Assembly (NCBI GenBank): GCA_951406725.2
Contig: OX597818.1
Location: 36,456,001-36,520,000 of the forward strand
Direction of reading: 5' to 3'
Origin: Octopus vulgaris
Lineage: Eukaryota
Length of the DNA stretch: 64,000 bases
Under the pieces are notes generated by a model. That model was not told the DNA's origin and ran no database searches. It worked only from the letters and a program-made list of their open reading frames with translations. Position numbers and translations under genes: made by a program. This document shows, piece by piece, positions 16,845-30,322 of the stretch. The stretch's first letter is position 1; each line of letters starts with the position of its first letter.

Positions 16845-17053
16845 ACCTGGCAGAATTGTTAGAGTATCGGACAAAATGCTTCGCAGCATTTCTTCCGGCG
16901 TTTTACGTTCTAATTCCAAACGCTGCGGAGGTCAACTTTTCATTTGATACTACTGAAGTCGGTAAAATCAGTGTCACTTGAGCACTGGGGTTCATGTAAT
17001 TGGCAGGCCCCTTCTTCCTAAAATCGCTGCTCTTGTGCCAAAATTTGAAACCA
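16845..17053 (+). mobile_element. Nin/Deu-like SINE (further decayed copies at 15878-16075, 16550-16750, 18184-18310)
   Basis: CTGGCAGAATTGTTAG...GGAGGTCAACTTT...GAGCACTGGGG...GTGCCAAAATTTGAAACC. Confidence 0.75.
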
Positions 17054-17099
17054 GTATTTAGTTATTTAATTCTAGATTGTGATGACAAATTCGGCTAAG

Positions 17100-17700
17100 G
17101 TTTACAAAGCTGTCTACCCTTAGTTATTAATAATAAAAGCACTACCGTTGATAGTAAAAACTGACGTTTTAGGTTGTCTACCTCTTTGACTAAATATAGA
17201 GGCATCGGAGTCTATATGGCAAACTGAACTTAGTAACACCCAACAAACAATCATAGAGTCAAATAATCTTCAGTTCCATTACAATTAGAATAATTGGTTA
17301 GAAACACAGGACTATATATAAACAAATGACTCACCTAAAACATAATATAGTTTTGTGTCTATCCAAAAGAAGTTGTTATTGATAGCAGATGACTTTCCGG
17401 TGGGCTTGCGGTGAGAAACTCATTTTGATTTTCGGAGTAAGCCATTTCACTTCAAATAATTCATTAACACAGCTGTGAAAATGTACAAGGATACAACAAA
17501 TTCTATATAAGCCCACTTGAAAAATCTTAGGCCTTTATATATAAATATATATATGTATATATCTAAAGAGGTAAAGGTAAACTGAATGGAGTAAAATATA
17601 TCGATGAACCCAATGTAATTATTAATACATTTGAAATCACTTATCATAGTTAAGGGTAATGTTATCAACTGGCTATTGTTATCAAAATCAGTGAGTTCAA
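17100..17700 (-). pseudogene. Possible highly decayed Penelope-like reverse transcriptase remnant
   Basis: Ordered motifs FTSLDI..(motif A), INNNFFWIDTKLY (NYF.F....Y), CHIDSD (YIDD-like); weak and frameshifted. Confidence 0.3.
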
Positions 17701-18374
17701 TATTCTTTATCTTATCAGTCGTTTATTATCTTCAAAAGACATCGTAGAAAAGTGACCGCAATGAGCTGCACAGTTTGAAGAATAGTTCGAGAAAAAAAGA
17801 GAATTCGTTACCATTTCCTTCAGAAGACCTTATCATATCACTCCTCTTTTTTTAAGGACATTTAGCCAATGAATATTAGTTTCTTTCACTTTGATATTTA
17901 TTGATATTTATTGAGATTCCCAAACAGCGTGGAGTTGCATAATTCATAGAATATTGGCTAAAATTATGGGCCCATTGCAGTTTGCTGTATGTTTTGAGTT
18001 CAAATTCACTGACCAATTTTCCGCTTCATTCTTGGGGTACTGTAAAATAAAGTACAAATCAAGGACTGGGATTCGTTTAAATTTATTGTTACGTTATTCA
18101 AATCCGGTGTACATGTATATGTTACATATTATTATTATTATTATTTTTATTTTTATTGTTATTGTTGTTGTTGTTGTTGTTGACTTCAAATTCTGCCGAG
18201 GTCGACTTTACCTTTCATCTTTTAGGAGTCGATAAATTAAGTACCAGTGAAACACTGGGATCGATGGAATCGTCTAGTCCTCTACCCACAAAATTCAAGC
18301 CTTATGCCTATAATAGAAAGGATTTTTATCATATTGTTATTATCATCATCATCATTATTATCTCATCTTTTGTT

Positions 18375-19147
18375 GCTTTGTATTATTTGGGTTGTTCTAG
18401 GTTGCACCCAGAAACTTCAAGTACCTGCAAGGTGGACAGTTTACTATGGATGTTACATATGACTGACAATGATATACCGTGTATGGAAGGAGGCCAGAAT
18501 CTGAGAACTAAAATTCTGTTACAATTTTTAATATTTCAATTTTTTCGTAGCGCTTTAATGGAATCAGTTTTTTTCAAGTTGACAATGTTTTCTAAGGATG
18601 AGGACAATACTCATGAAAACAACTGCGGTAGATCTGATACCTTGAGGTTTCCCGGTATATTGTTTAAAAGCTCTTTTTGGTGTTCTCACCAAAACTCGGA
18701 TGATTACAAGTACAGTTGTTGCTCCACATTTTTTAAATCTTTATTTCAAGGTCCGCACCACAACCTCTGCTCTGTTGGCCTGTATTACACGATCACTTTG
18801 GAAGCTAAAATCCCAAAGAACAGTGCTGTTTTTCTTTTCTACTATTCTGGCAGGTTTATGTTTCAACCAGTTCTTTGTATACGGAAATCCAGACTTTCGG
18901 TGGTCGAGCCAGTGCATATACTGGCCAAGTTTATCATGGCAAATAAATTATTCATTTGAGGTTAGCATAAAACAACCAAAAATGAGTCGGTCGATTGTTT
19001 CCCTGGCTGCACCACAGAAGCAGCAGGCAGGGTCTGCACCATTTTTTAAGAATGTTTGCTTGATAGCTTCCCGTGGGCAAACATTGAGGATGAGATGCTA
19101 TAATGAAACCTTTTTGTCCTTGATTTAAGTCCAGATGGGTCATATTT
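18375..19147 (-). mobile_element. Decayed R4/Dong-type LINE 3' fragment (CCHC knuckle + REL)
   Basis: GFIIASHPQCLPTGSYQANILK, CCFCGAARETIDRLIFGC, HDKLGQYMHW, VLWDFSFQSDRVIQANR; 5' side abuts (CAA)(TAA)n. Confidence 0.85.
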
Positions 19148-19167
19148 CTATCTCCATCCGGTTCGTT

Positions 19168-19268
<101 letters not shown>

Positions 19269-19269
19269 A

Positions 19270-22200
19270 TTATTTCACATACCCACAACAGATTAGACTG
19301 TTGGAAAAGAAAAAAATTCCTAACATCGAGGTACAAGTAACCTAAGATGTCAAGATCCCTTCAAAGTATTCTAGCTGTCCCTAATAACACTGTTATCTAG
19401 AGCTGTACAAAGCTAGATTTTATGCCTATTTCCTTTCCCCATCTGTTCAATTCTTTGGGGCTAGTTCCTAATGCACCCATAACTATAGGAATACATTACT
19501 CTGTAACTCAAGAGCTAACTCTTGATACTTTGCTATTTTCTTTTCCTCTCTCATATTGACTTTCTCACCATTTGAGACGGTAAAGTCTATTATCTGGTAC
19601 TTCCTATTTTCTTTGTCTAATACTGCTAAATCAGACCAGACTTCTATTACTCTGTCAGTCTAAATGTTAAAATCCAACAACATCTTATATTTTTCACTTT
19701 CTAGCAATTTACTAGGTTCATGTTCATATCACTTATCAGTATGGTCAAATCCTAGTTCTCTGCATAACCTCCAGTGGATTACTCTCGATGGTTGTCATGT
19801 CTTTTCTTGTATTTTTTTCTGTGCCAGCATGCCACATTCACTAACTATATGAGTAACACTTTCCTCTTTTGATTCACATAACCTACATTGAGAATCCACT
19901 TGAATTTTGTCTATCTTGGCTTTTATCCAGTTAGTCCCCAATGCTTGATCTTGTGCTGCTACTAACAAATCTGTCTCCCTCTTCACCCTTCCTTTCTGCA
20001 ACCATGTCTCACTATTCCTATTTGCTGCAATTATATTTGGGAATCTATCATACAACACATTCCCCTGCCAGTCAGATAATTTTTGTTCCTTTTTCTGGCT
20101 TTTAACTTCGTTTGGGGTTTTTCCTTTCATATGGCTTGTTGTGACTCTAGTAGCTTTTAATGAACTATCTTCACTGTTACTAACATAGGAGTCTATATCT
20201 ACTGTAGCTAACTCCATTTTAAAGCCTTCTTTTCTATAACCACAACTAGGTTTCATCATTACTATTTTCTGCAACTATCTTTGGAAATCCATCATGCAAG
20301 CCTTATCTTGCCACTCAAATAACCATGATTCCTTTTTCTGGTTTCTAACTATATTTGGCATTTTGTTTTCCCAATATTCTACACTTACTCCAGCAACGCC
20401 TAATAATATTTTCTCACTATTACCTACTTAGGAGGTTATATCTACTATAGCTAACTCTACACAGTTTGCTACTGATATTAAATCTTTACCACCTTCCTTT
20501 TGAAGGTAAATACAATCTTGCTACTCCTGCTCTAGGATGAAATACTCCATTCTTATTGAATTCCTCTTGAGTTCGTATGTCTAGATTTGATAATTCAGAT
20601 TGTGTCTAGCCTACAAAAGCTGATAAATATCTAAGTAATAATACTGCCCAAGTATTTACAGCCTTAAATAGATTCGGACCATTTAGCTTTGACTTCATTA
20701 ACTTCCTCCCCCTTCTGATATATACTTCCCAAAGTTTTCTTTCATTTCTATAGTTAGTGCTCTGTCGGATTCTAATACTTCTAGATACTTATGACTTTTT
20801 CCTTCTTTCAAATTTTAATGTGTGGCCACCTGGTACTTGAATGCCTTCACTACTGTCTACCTGTCGCTTTTTCATGATTAATATTGTGCACTAATTTCGC
20901 TTTTGGATTTGGTTTGGAAGATTATTTATGTGAGTTCGTGTTTTGAAGCATATTCTGTTGTGTCTGGGGAGAGTCATTTTCTTTTAGTGCCTTAGAATTT
21001 AACACAATCACCTGTAAAATTTCCACTCATTTACTTATTTGGTTTCTAAATTTATCGTGGCGTCTTGCAACCTTTTCAGCCAGATTCCATGCCTATCTTT
21101 GCTGAATCTATCTCTTTTTAAAAGCTTTATATCATCAATGTAGAGCAAATGATTAATTTTCTCTTTACTATATCTAAACTGATACCCTACATTTGTCTTT
21201 CTTAATGATAAACTGAAGAGGCGGGGTTTAAAATAACATATATCAAAGGGGATAAATAGTCTCCTTGGAAAATTCCTCCCTTGATATTAACTTTCCCTAA
21301 GGCTGTGTCACATGAGTAGAGGTCTACTTTCCATTTCTTCATGCTAAATCTAATTAGCTCTGTTATGTCTGCAATACTGAATATTCTCAAACATTTGCTT
21401 ATCCGTGAGTGTGGAATCATGTCATAGGCTTTCTTATAATTTATCCATGAGTGTAGAATTATGTCATAGGCTTTCATATAATCTATCCATACTATTGTAA
21501 ATGTTTCCTTCTAGATTTCATTTCTTTTAGAATTGCTTTGTCTATGTATATTAGATCATCTGTTCCTCTAGCCAACTTCTTATAACTTTCTGTTCTTTTG
21601 ATAGTAAATTCTGGCTGTCAAGGTGCTCATAAATACTTTCTGAAAGCATTCCTGTTAACCGCTCCCACATTAATGTTAAACAAGTGATTGATCTATAATT
21701 ACTTGCTGTATTGTCCTTTGTTTTGTCTTTCATAAGGAGTACTATTCTATCTCTAGTTATCCAGCTAGTTACGACTTACCTTTCAGACAATCATGAAATT
21801 GTTCCGTCAGTCTCCTATATTATTCCTAAATACTAAATTCCTTTAACCAGTACTCTTGAACTAAATCTAGTCCTGGGTCCTTCCAATTCGGCATTCTTCC
21901 TAACACTTTACTCATTTAAATCTTCCAAGCATATTCAGTTTCCAGGTTTCTATTCTACTCAGCTCTTGCCTTAAAGTTTTCACTCTGTTTTCTAATTTCC
22001 ATTTCCAAATCTGCTCCTTCCAATTCTTTCCTCGTCTGCAAGTGACTACGACTCCTTCTGCATAAATCAGTAAGTTAGTGTCACCTATATCTCTAATATC
22101 TATCCTATTGATAACAAAATTTACTTTCCTAGTAATGTATAGGAACTTCCTTCCATGGACACCTTTTAGTATTTTTCTTTTTTTTACTCACTACTTCTTT

Positions 22201-22770
22201 GAACTCACCTAAAATCTTCTCACCCTCCTCACTTCCCTTGCTGGTGTCAGTTTTCCATTCATGAAAAGTAACCCTATTATTTTTTCTTGTAGGCTCCTCT
22301 TTGGCTTGAACTGTGTCCCTTACTTTATTTGGATGTTCTACTTCTAGGTCTTTGTTTTTTTTTATCGTCTTCTTGTGATTTCTACCTCCAACTGAATCAT
22401 CCACTTTTTCTCCAAATAGCATTAGCCTGGTCCACTAGTCTTTTCTCTGTTATTTCAAACATACCTTTCTTTACCTAAAGTACTAACATACGTTTTATCT
22501 AACCCCTTACTTTAAGTTTACATTTCAAATACTCTGTTTCTTTCCCTTGTCCATTTCTTCTTCCTTAGTTCATTATACATTGACGCTGTCTTAGAACAAC
22601 ATCTGTGGACAGTCAGCAACTGTACTAACCACCCTCGAGTGAGAGGCCTCATATATGCTGGCATGACATGAGAGTCTGTATAAATTTCTGCTCCCCATAA
22701 ACTGAGGAAAGGTAATGTTCGTGTTTCTTGATGATAGCCTCACCATGCACCTGGTGTTGTTCTTTTCTTT
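19270..22770 (-). mobile_element. Near full-length, decayed R4/Dong-type LINE (Myb-like N-terminus, RT, CCHC, REL)
   Basis: KKKWTRE..KRM...KKGMFEITEKRLVDQANAI (about 22570-22410); NYRSITCL, KKAYDMIPH, GIFQGDYLSPL, YIDD (about 21131-21142); AAQDQAL..CRLCESKEESVTHIVSEC; 3' end runs into (TAA)(CAA)n. Confidence 0.9.
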
Positions 22771-22794
22771 TATTATTCTTTTATTATTATTCAG

Positions 22795-23100
22795 TGGTCT
22801 TATATTCATCATGTGTTTTTATGGCACTACCAAGCGCAGCTCTGTGTGCCTTGGGTATGTAATCTGGTTCACTGTATTGAAAGTATTTTACGTAGGATGT
22901 ATGCGGTGCCTGGTAGTACTATTTTCTGTATGTTATATATCCTTGTAAGTTCTGGTGTTTTTGCTATGTATTTGTGTGAATGTTTTATCATACCTAATGT
23001 GCCTACGATGATAGGAATTGTTTCTATTTTCGGCTCCACATTAGTGTTACCTCTATTTCCAGATCTTTGTTTTTAAAAGTTCCTCCATTTCTTTTAGAGA
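22795..23100 (-). mobile_element. 3' end of Dong-type LINE family 1
   Basis: Reverse complement of 42500-42830 including CATACCCAAGGCACACAGAGCTGCGC. Confidence 0.85.
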
Positions 23101-23114
23101 AACGTCATCATATA

Positions 23115-23234
23115 TGGTATTGAGCAGAATATTTACTGTAGCGCATCTTTTATACCAAGACAAAACAATGTACATGATAACACTTCCAATCCGTTAAGAT
23201 CAGAAGCCATGAGAGCCACTGCCTGGTTTTGCAT
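23115..23234 (-). mobile_element. Fragment of the ~550-bp TAA-flanked non-coding repeat
   Basis: Reverse complement of 43410-43530. Confidence 0.8.
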
Positions 23235-24072
23235 TTTGTATTACCTAGCAAAAGAGTTCATACTATGCTTAGTAATCTGCCGCTGCTAGTGAGTTTGTTT
23301 TCTATAATATATATTTGGTGTTAAATTATCTCGTATTTTAAGTATTACTTTCCATCATGCTTTGAATGAAACTGCATAAACTGCCTGCGTTATAACGGAT
23401 TATAAAACTCTCTTATACAACTGTTTTTAAAATAGTTGTATTGCCAATATTCTTTATATTTTATAACACTTTTTGCCAGTTTTGTCAAAGATTTGTCTCT
23501 TTATTGTCTAGGTGTATAGTGTCTGTACAAATTACTCTTCAGTTCGTATTTTCTGTTTCCTAAGGACATTTTTAGCGTTGTTGCAACGACAATCTGTTTA
23601 TTTTATTCAGTTTAAAGCTGACAGCAAATATGTTCATATCTTAGTTTATTTTTAGCGCTTTCATATTACTGGAAACAGTTCTATTGAAGTTTTTCTCTTT
23701 TTTATCATATCAACATATTCAATCTGTTTCCACTCAAAGGAGTCTCTATCACTCAATAACATCGAGTTTCTTTATTTTTCTAGCTTATTTCAGACTTAAT
23801 GATTTTATTGGGGTAACATTTGGAAATATCTGCTTACCATCAACATGAAAGTAAGCCTTCTGTCGCATCATTGATCCATTGGCATCCAACTCGTGTCTGT
23901 GTTCTCTTTAAATCGAGCATATTGCCTGATGAAATGAAAATTAAAGTATCATGATATAGGCTTGAAGAAATTTTGCCACAATGAGAGGCCAAAGGAACGA
24001 GGATTTTTCTATATAACTCGATACTTGCCTTGTTGTATGTGTCTCAGTGGATATTTGATGCTTTGTCACAAT

Positions 24073-24146
<74 letters not shown>

Positions 24147-24183
24147 CTCCGTCTTCCCTTCTTTGGATCTTTCCTTTTCCTAT

Positions 24184-24218
24184 GTTTCTGACGAAGAGCT
24201 CCGCTCGAAACGTTGAGC
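24184..24218 (+). ncRNA. Minimal type I hammerhead ribozyme, intact core (family A)
   Basis: GTTT-CTGACGA-A-GAGC-TCC-GCTC-GAAA-CG-TT^-GAGC; palindromic AACGTT stem III. Confidence 0.75.
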
Positions 24219-24383
24219 CCTCCTTCTTTCCTTCTTTCCTGAGCGTCCAATAATACTATACTTGTTCCACGTCCTCGCGTTGTTGTGTTTACTCTTTGTG
24301 TTTTCCTGTTTTAGATTAACTATATATATATATGTAAATTTTTTTCCTCTGTCTTCCCTTCTCGGGATCTTTCCTTCTCCTTT

Positions 24384-24418
24384 GTTTCCGACGAAGAGTT
24401 CCGCTCGAAACGTTAAAC
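24384..24418 (+). ncRNA. Minimal type I hammerhead ribozyme, CCGACGA core variant (family A, second tandem unit)
   Basis: GTTT-CCGACGA-A-GAGT-TCC-GCTC-GAAA-CG-TT^-AAAC; perfect stem I GTTT/AAAC. Confidence 0.7.
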
Positions 24419-24511
24419 CCTCCTTCCCTTCTTTCCTGAGCGTCAAATAATACTTTAATTGTTCCACGTCCTCGCGTTGCTGTGTTTTTCTCTGTGTTTT
24501 CTTGTTTGGAT

Positions 24512-24587
<76 letters not shown>

Positions 24588-25362
24588 TATATGTATATGT
24601 ATCATTCTGTTGTGTGTTTGTCTGTGTGTTTGTGTGTGCATGTGTGTCTGTGTGTGCATGTGTGTCTGTGTGTGCATGTGTGTGTGTGTATGTGTTGGTG
24701 TGTGGGTGTTTGCGCGCGCGTGTTATGTTATCAGCTCTAAGATGTTTGACATTTTAGGATATTTTTCCAACTGTGTTTTCTGATAAAACTATAAATGTTA
24801 ACATCTTATATATATAGCAAATGGGTTACTTTTGACTTTCCTATAACAAAGAGACTTTGAAAAGTGTCTGCTGGGATGATTCAGCGGAGCCAGGGACAAA
24901 CAAAAAAAGAAAAGAAGCTTAATTACACACCCACTTACCATTTCGAATTTCGATTATGTCATTAAGACGACTCCCTTCATCATTCACCTGTCCTCTTTAT
25001 TCTCCCCTCCCCCACCCCCACCCCACCCCGCCACATCATCATCTTAAGTGAGTCATTGAGTGACACTTGAAATAATAACAAGAATCAGCTTCAAATCATA
25101 CGTTATCCTTTTAAGAAGAAGTAAAATGAATTCTGAATAATGTAGACCTAGCTACACTATTCCTGAAAGCAATGCGGCCTGTTGATGGGTGGAAAACAAA
25201 CATTTGAGGATATGTCTACTCAAGCAGGAGAGAGATCTGAAGATAAACAAATACAATTTGTAATGCTTAATATCGTGTTTTCTAATATCATTCAATAGGC
25301 TTTCATATGGTTTAGCTGTTGCAAACCATTCTTTAATTTGCTAGATTCCTTAATTATGGTTT

Positions 25363-25640
25363 TCTTCTCCTTCTTCTTCTTCTTCTTCTTCTTCTTCTTC
25401 TTCTTCTTCTGCTTCTTCTTCTTCTTCTTCTTCTTCTTCTTCTTCTGCTTCTTCTTCTTCTTCTATTTCATCTTCTTTTCTTCTTCTTTTCTTCTTCTTC
25501 TTCTTCTTCTTTCTCTTCTTCTTCTTCTTCTTCTTCTTCTTCTTCTTCTTCTTCTTCTTCTTCTTCTCCTTCTTCTTCTTCTTCTTCTCCTCCTCCTTCT
25601 TCTTCTTCTTCTTCCTCTTCCTCTTCTCCTTCTTCTTCTT
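25363..25640. repeat. (CTT)n polypyrimidine microsatellite
   Basis: Direct reading. Confidence 0.95.
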
Positions 25641-26068
25641 CAAGTTATTTCTGATTTGTTATAGTATGAAACAAATAATAAGCAGATCAACAGAATAAGT
25701 TATTTATTCATATCGACAAGGTTAATCTATTTAATAAATTACACAAAAATGCAAGGGTTTAATATTAACTGAATTTCAAGGTACACACATAAAAAAAAAA
25801 TTCATATGAAGAAAGAGAATGGAAAAAATTACTTCCACACAGAGATGAATCATAAGTAAAATGCAACATAATGAGGCATAAGTCTACGAAAACATGAACG
25901 CATGAACTGATACACACACGCATACACAAACATACACAAACACAACATAGAGATGGTTTCTGGTATGTATATATATGTGTGTGAGTGTGTATGTGTGTGT
26001 ATAATTTTTTTTAGAATGAGATAAAAACAACCAAGGCCGGGAATATTTTAGAACATATATAAATAGAA

Positions 26069-26118
26069 CGTCTTACAGCTGTTTCGAGGATATTTATAAT
26101 ATCCATTCATCGGAGACG
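26069..26118 (-). ncRNA. Type I hammerhead motif (family B); decayed inverted partner at 26236-26283 (+)
   Basis: Minus: CGTCT-CCGATGA-AT-GGATATT-ATA-AATATCC-TC-GAAA-CAGCTG-TA^-AGACG. Confidence 0.65.
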
Positions 26119-28239
26119 GTGTGAGAAAATGGTCAAGCAGTAGCTATTTTGACTCTCCAATTACAAAGAGACTTTGAAAAGTGTCTGTTGGGTTATCTTA
26201 TCTAAATTAACTATTGTCTAAACATCTTCTCACACTTCTCCAACGAAGAGATATAATAAATATCCTGGAAACAGCTGTAAGAACTTCTATTTACAATATA
26301 GAATATTCAGAGCCTTGGTTTTTATCTCATTCTGAAAAAAAAATTATACATCCACATCCTGATATATGACTTATATTGGACTCCTTATTTGCATAATCAC
26401 CGAACTTGGAGCTTAACTATGGTCTATGCATTGCAGTTACTCAGCATTACCTGACACATTTGTGTCATGTTGACACCATTACATCTCTTAACCCATATAT
26501 ATATATATATATATATATATGCATTCATATATATTCATACATATATATATATATATACATACATACATATATATATATATCATAGCGGACTAATAGGTTG
26601 TCTGTTACTCTTACAACTGTTTCATTAGGAGTCTTTATTGTGACGTAAACTTAGCACACTCAGGTATGCAATATTCACCACACCAATGCGATTATGTAGT
26701 ACGTTACGCAACTCTCAACTCATCAGGCTTACCATTACCAATTAACAAGCAGTCAGTGGCATAGCGATTGTTGATTAATTAGCAGATCATCAACAAGTGA
26801 AATTTATAATCATATTTACCAACGTTTTAAAGATGTAAAATGGGGGGGACTACAAGCTTTCAGTCACATAGATGGATAGCACAATTGCATTGTAAATTAA
26901 AGAATAGTTCTAATGCATTTATGTACAAAACATGTAATTAAACTAGCAACTTCTCTCATAAATGCTGATACTGGCAAAACATGTTTGCATACCAGGAGAT
27001 ATCTAGTGCCAAGCATGATATTTGACCCATGAAAACATATTTTAAGACAGATGCCGACGTTGTTCTAAGAAACATTTACTGTTTAATACGTTAAGGAGTA
27101 ATATGGTTAATAAAATCCACCGTTACTTATACATTTACATCTTGATTCAAGTGTTCCGATTAATTATAGCCGAGCTATTAGAATATTATCTTTGATTAAG
27201 GTAGATTCAACCAATTATAATTCAGGGAGAATAACTTCAGGAAAACCGCCAAGAATAACAGCGGTCTATGAGAAAAGGTGATGAAGGAAGGTAGGAAAAG
27301 AAAAAGTAAATGAAAAGGATTAATACATAGAGATAGCTATAATCACATATATAGAAATAACCAGCAGTTATTACTAATAAATACTTAAACATAAGCAGAA
27401 TAGGATAAATCAAATAGAGAAAAAGGTCTGTATATTCACACAACACAGCATTGGCATAAACAAGTAAATGTGTATATTAGACGAATTAGGCAAGAATTAG
27501 TGTCAAGATAAAGAAGTGAATTTATAAATTTATAAATTTTATGATTGCTAGATTTCTAAACTAAAAGAAATTAGTTATTTAGTTGTAATGAAGTTACGAG
27601 TTGAAATGCCAGGATAAAAGAGAAAGAAAAACAGAACCAATATTCTCAATAAAAGATATTTCTGACTTTTCTATTAACTAATGTTGTCACAATAGAAATG
27701 AGAATAAATTAAATCTCTTAAAACAATCAAAATTAATATAAGTTTGGGAAATAGGTTATAGTAATAATTTAAAACTTTAGTGAGGGTTAAGAAAATTTTT
27801 TTTTAAATGTATGAAGATCCTAAATAATTATAATGGCCATACATGTTATTAAATATTAAAAGAATTCATAGGATTATAACGAATTTAAAAGAATAATATA
27901 GCCATAACTGCGGAGGATCAAGATATCACCTAAAACTAAAAGTAAATTGGATAAAGTTATTTAATTATTAAATTATATAAAATATAAATTATATAAAATT
28001 AGACTTCGGTATCTCTGGTTAGAACTAAGGACAGGCAAAAGAAGATTAAAGTTATATATATATATTAATAATATTATGATACACTAGGTTACCTAAATAT
28101 AATCCATGAATCTTATTACTGGCATTTAAGTAATTAAGTTTTATACAGACACGCATGTGGTACTCGGTGAAGTCTTTATAGAATCAGTTTAAAGTACAAT
28201 AAATGTTGGCATTTGATCTTTAATTTATCCGATCTTTTA

Positions 28240-29066
28240 ATAATATCTTCCGTGCATTTTAAGGTTCCCAACATTTCCAAAAGTGGAAGACTCAAATTAG
28301 GCATTCAGCAGCTCACAGATTATACCCATATCAATTACTAACACAAGAATTAACATGTCTATATATGGCGGTTCTCAGCCTGATTGTATACGGCGTACAG
28401 TTTGTCTTCAGATCCCATACAGAGCTAGCCAACTTAGTGGGTTTAATTTTTGTACGTGTCGGAAAGAAGACAGGTGGTTGACAGCAATGCTTTTAGCATT
28501 GCCTTCGGATAAGCTGACGCAATTTTCCTCCTAGATTGCATTTTCTTGGAACACTGCTATTACTTCGGCTTTCTAAGAGATGATCTAAAGACTAATTGCA
28601 CACCACATACTATCAAATAGTGTATCGTGGAGAAACCTACGCCACATATAAATGGATCAAAGAGAAGCAGGTTATGCTTTCATAATTTCAGACCCAAAAT
28701 TTTAGCAAATGCAAGCACATGAACATGTTTCTTTTGCCGAGCTGGGGAACACCAATCTCTCTGGTTTAAGTAGCTATCTCAGACTTTGGCCTCCTCTCCG
28801 TTATATTATCCTACACCAGCTAGATTAATTATGTTTCCTACGAGAGGTAGGCCCCGAAACGTCGCGCATTCTCTCCTAATGATCCCATACACTTGCTGGC
28901 ATCCGGTATGCGGAGTTTTTGACTGGTAGCACTTGCATGCGCAAGTTGTTTGCAAGACATCAAAGAGGGCAAAGATCTTCGTCGTCTTATTTTTCTTTCT
29001 TCTCATTCCAGTTTTTGCATCGACCTTCTTAACGTTTCTCTTCCCGTTTGAATCATATTTTCTCAT
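28240..29066 (-). pseudogene. Decayed Penelope-like element C-terminus (GIY-YIG endonuclease)
   Basis: KAEV...SLSEGNAKSIAVNHLSSFRHVQKLNPTKLASSVWDLKTNCTPYTI parallels the ORF at 36212-36538. Confidence 0.55.
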
Positions 29067-29621
29067 AGACTAGGGGCCTGGATTTCAAATAGATCTAACG
29101 GTATGCACTGATCCTAAAAACCTTTATGTGTGTGTCTGTGTGTCTGTATATCTATATATGTGTGGTGTGTGTGTGTATGTGTGTATGTATATGTATATAT
29201 GTGTGGTTTGTGTGTATGTGTGTATGTATATGTATATATGTGTGGTGCGTGTGTATGTGTATGTGTATAAGTATATGTATGTATGATATATAGATATACA
29301 TCTTTGAAACCTTCCGATTCACAATCTATTCCTCATGAAAAAAAGATGCCAAACTGATATTTTGTTATTTTTCCCTCCATATCTATGTGAATTATTTTTG
29401 AGTAAACACTGTATGGGAGATTTTTCTTATAGTAGAAGAAATAGCTAAAAAACTTTTTGGCTGCTATTTCTAAAAGTTTCAGTGTGTGGTAAAGTGAATT
29501 ATTTTACTGAGCCCTAATTATATAACGTAATATTTTAAATATACCTTGAATGGTCCTTTTACATACTGAACACTACTTGGTGAAATTAATTAATAATTAA
29601 TTAATTTTACCCTTTTATTAT

Positions 29622-29683
<62 letters not shown>

Positions 29684-30159
29684 TCATACATATACGCTCA
29701 CAGATACATGTACGTATATAAATACGGACATGAGAAGAAAATAGAAAGTGATATAGAGAGGAACTAGTGACAAAGAAGTTCAAAAAGAGAAATTTGGAGC
29801 GAAGAACAGAATGAGGAAGACGATTTAGGGACAGAGAAAGTCAGATACGCAGAAAATATCAGACATACAAACGTACAGAAAGGGTCTACATAGAGAGCTT
29901 AGGTGAGAGACGCAGACCGTCACACTGTCATATTGTCATATGGACATATGTTCTTGTATTGACGGAAATACAAGTATGAATTCAAAGATGCAATTCATTA
30001 AAATAGATCATTTATAAGATATTGATAGGCAGAAATGAAGAGAGAGACAAATAAAGGAAAACTAAATAACAAATAAGTACACAGACATATACATACATTC
30101 ATGTATGTATGCATGAGTATATATATCATATATTCATGTATGCATGAGTGTGTATATGT

Positions 30160-30213
<54 letters not shown>

Positions 30214-30289
30214 CAGATATATAACTAAATATATATTTAAGCGTTTAACTAATACGTTGTTTTAAACAAATACCTGCTGCATTGTCCTT

Positions 30290-30322
<33 letters not shown>

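Noticed and set aside
18156-18959. Longest ORF in the track (267 aa, +)
   Set aside because: Runs through a microsatellite, a SINE and the antisense strand of a decayed LINE; no protein-like motif.
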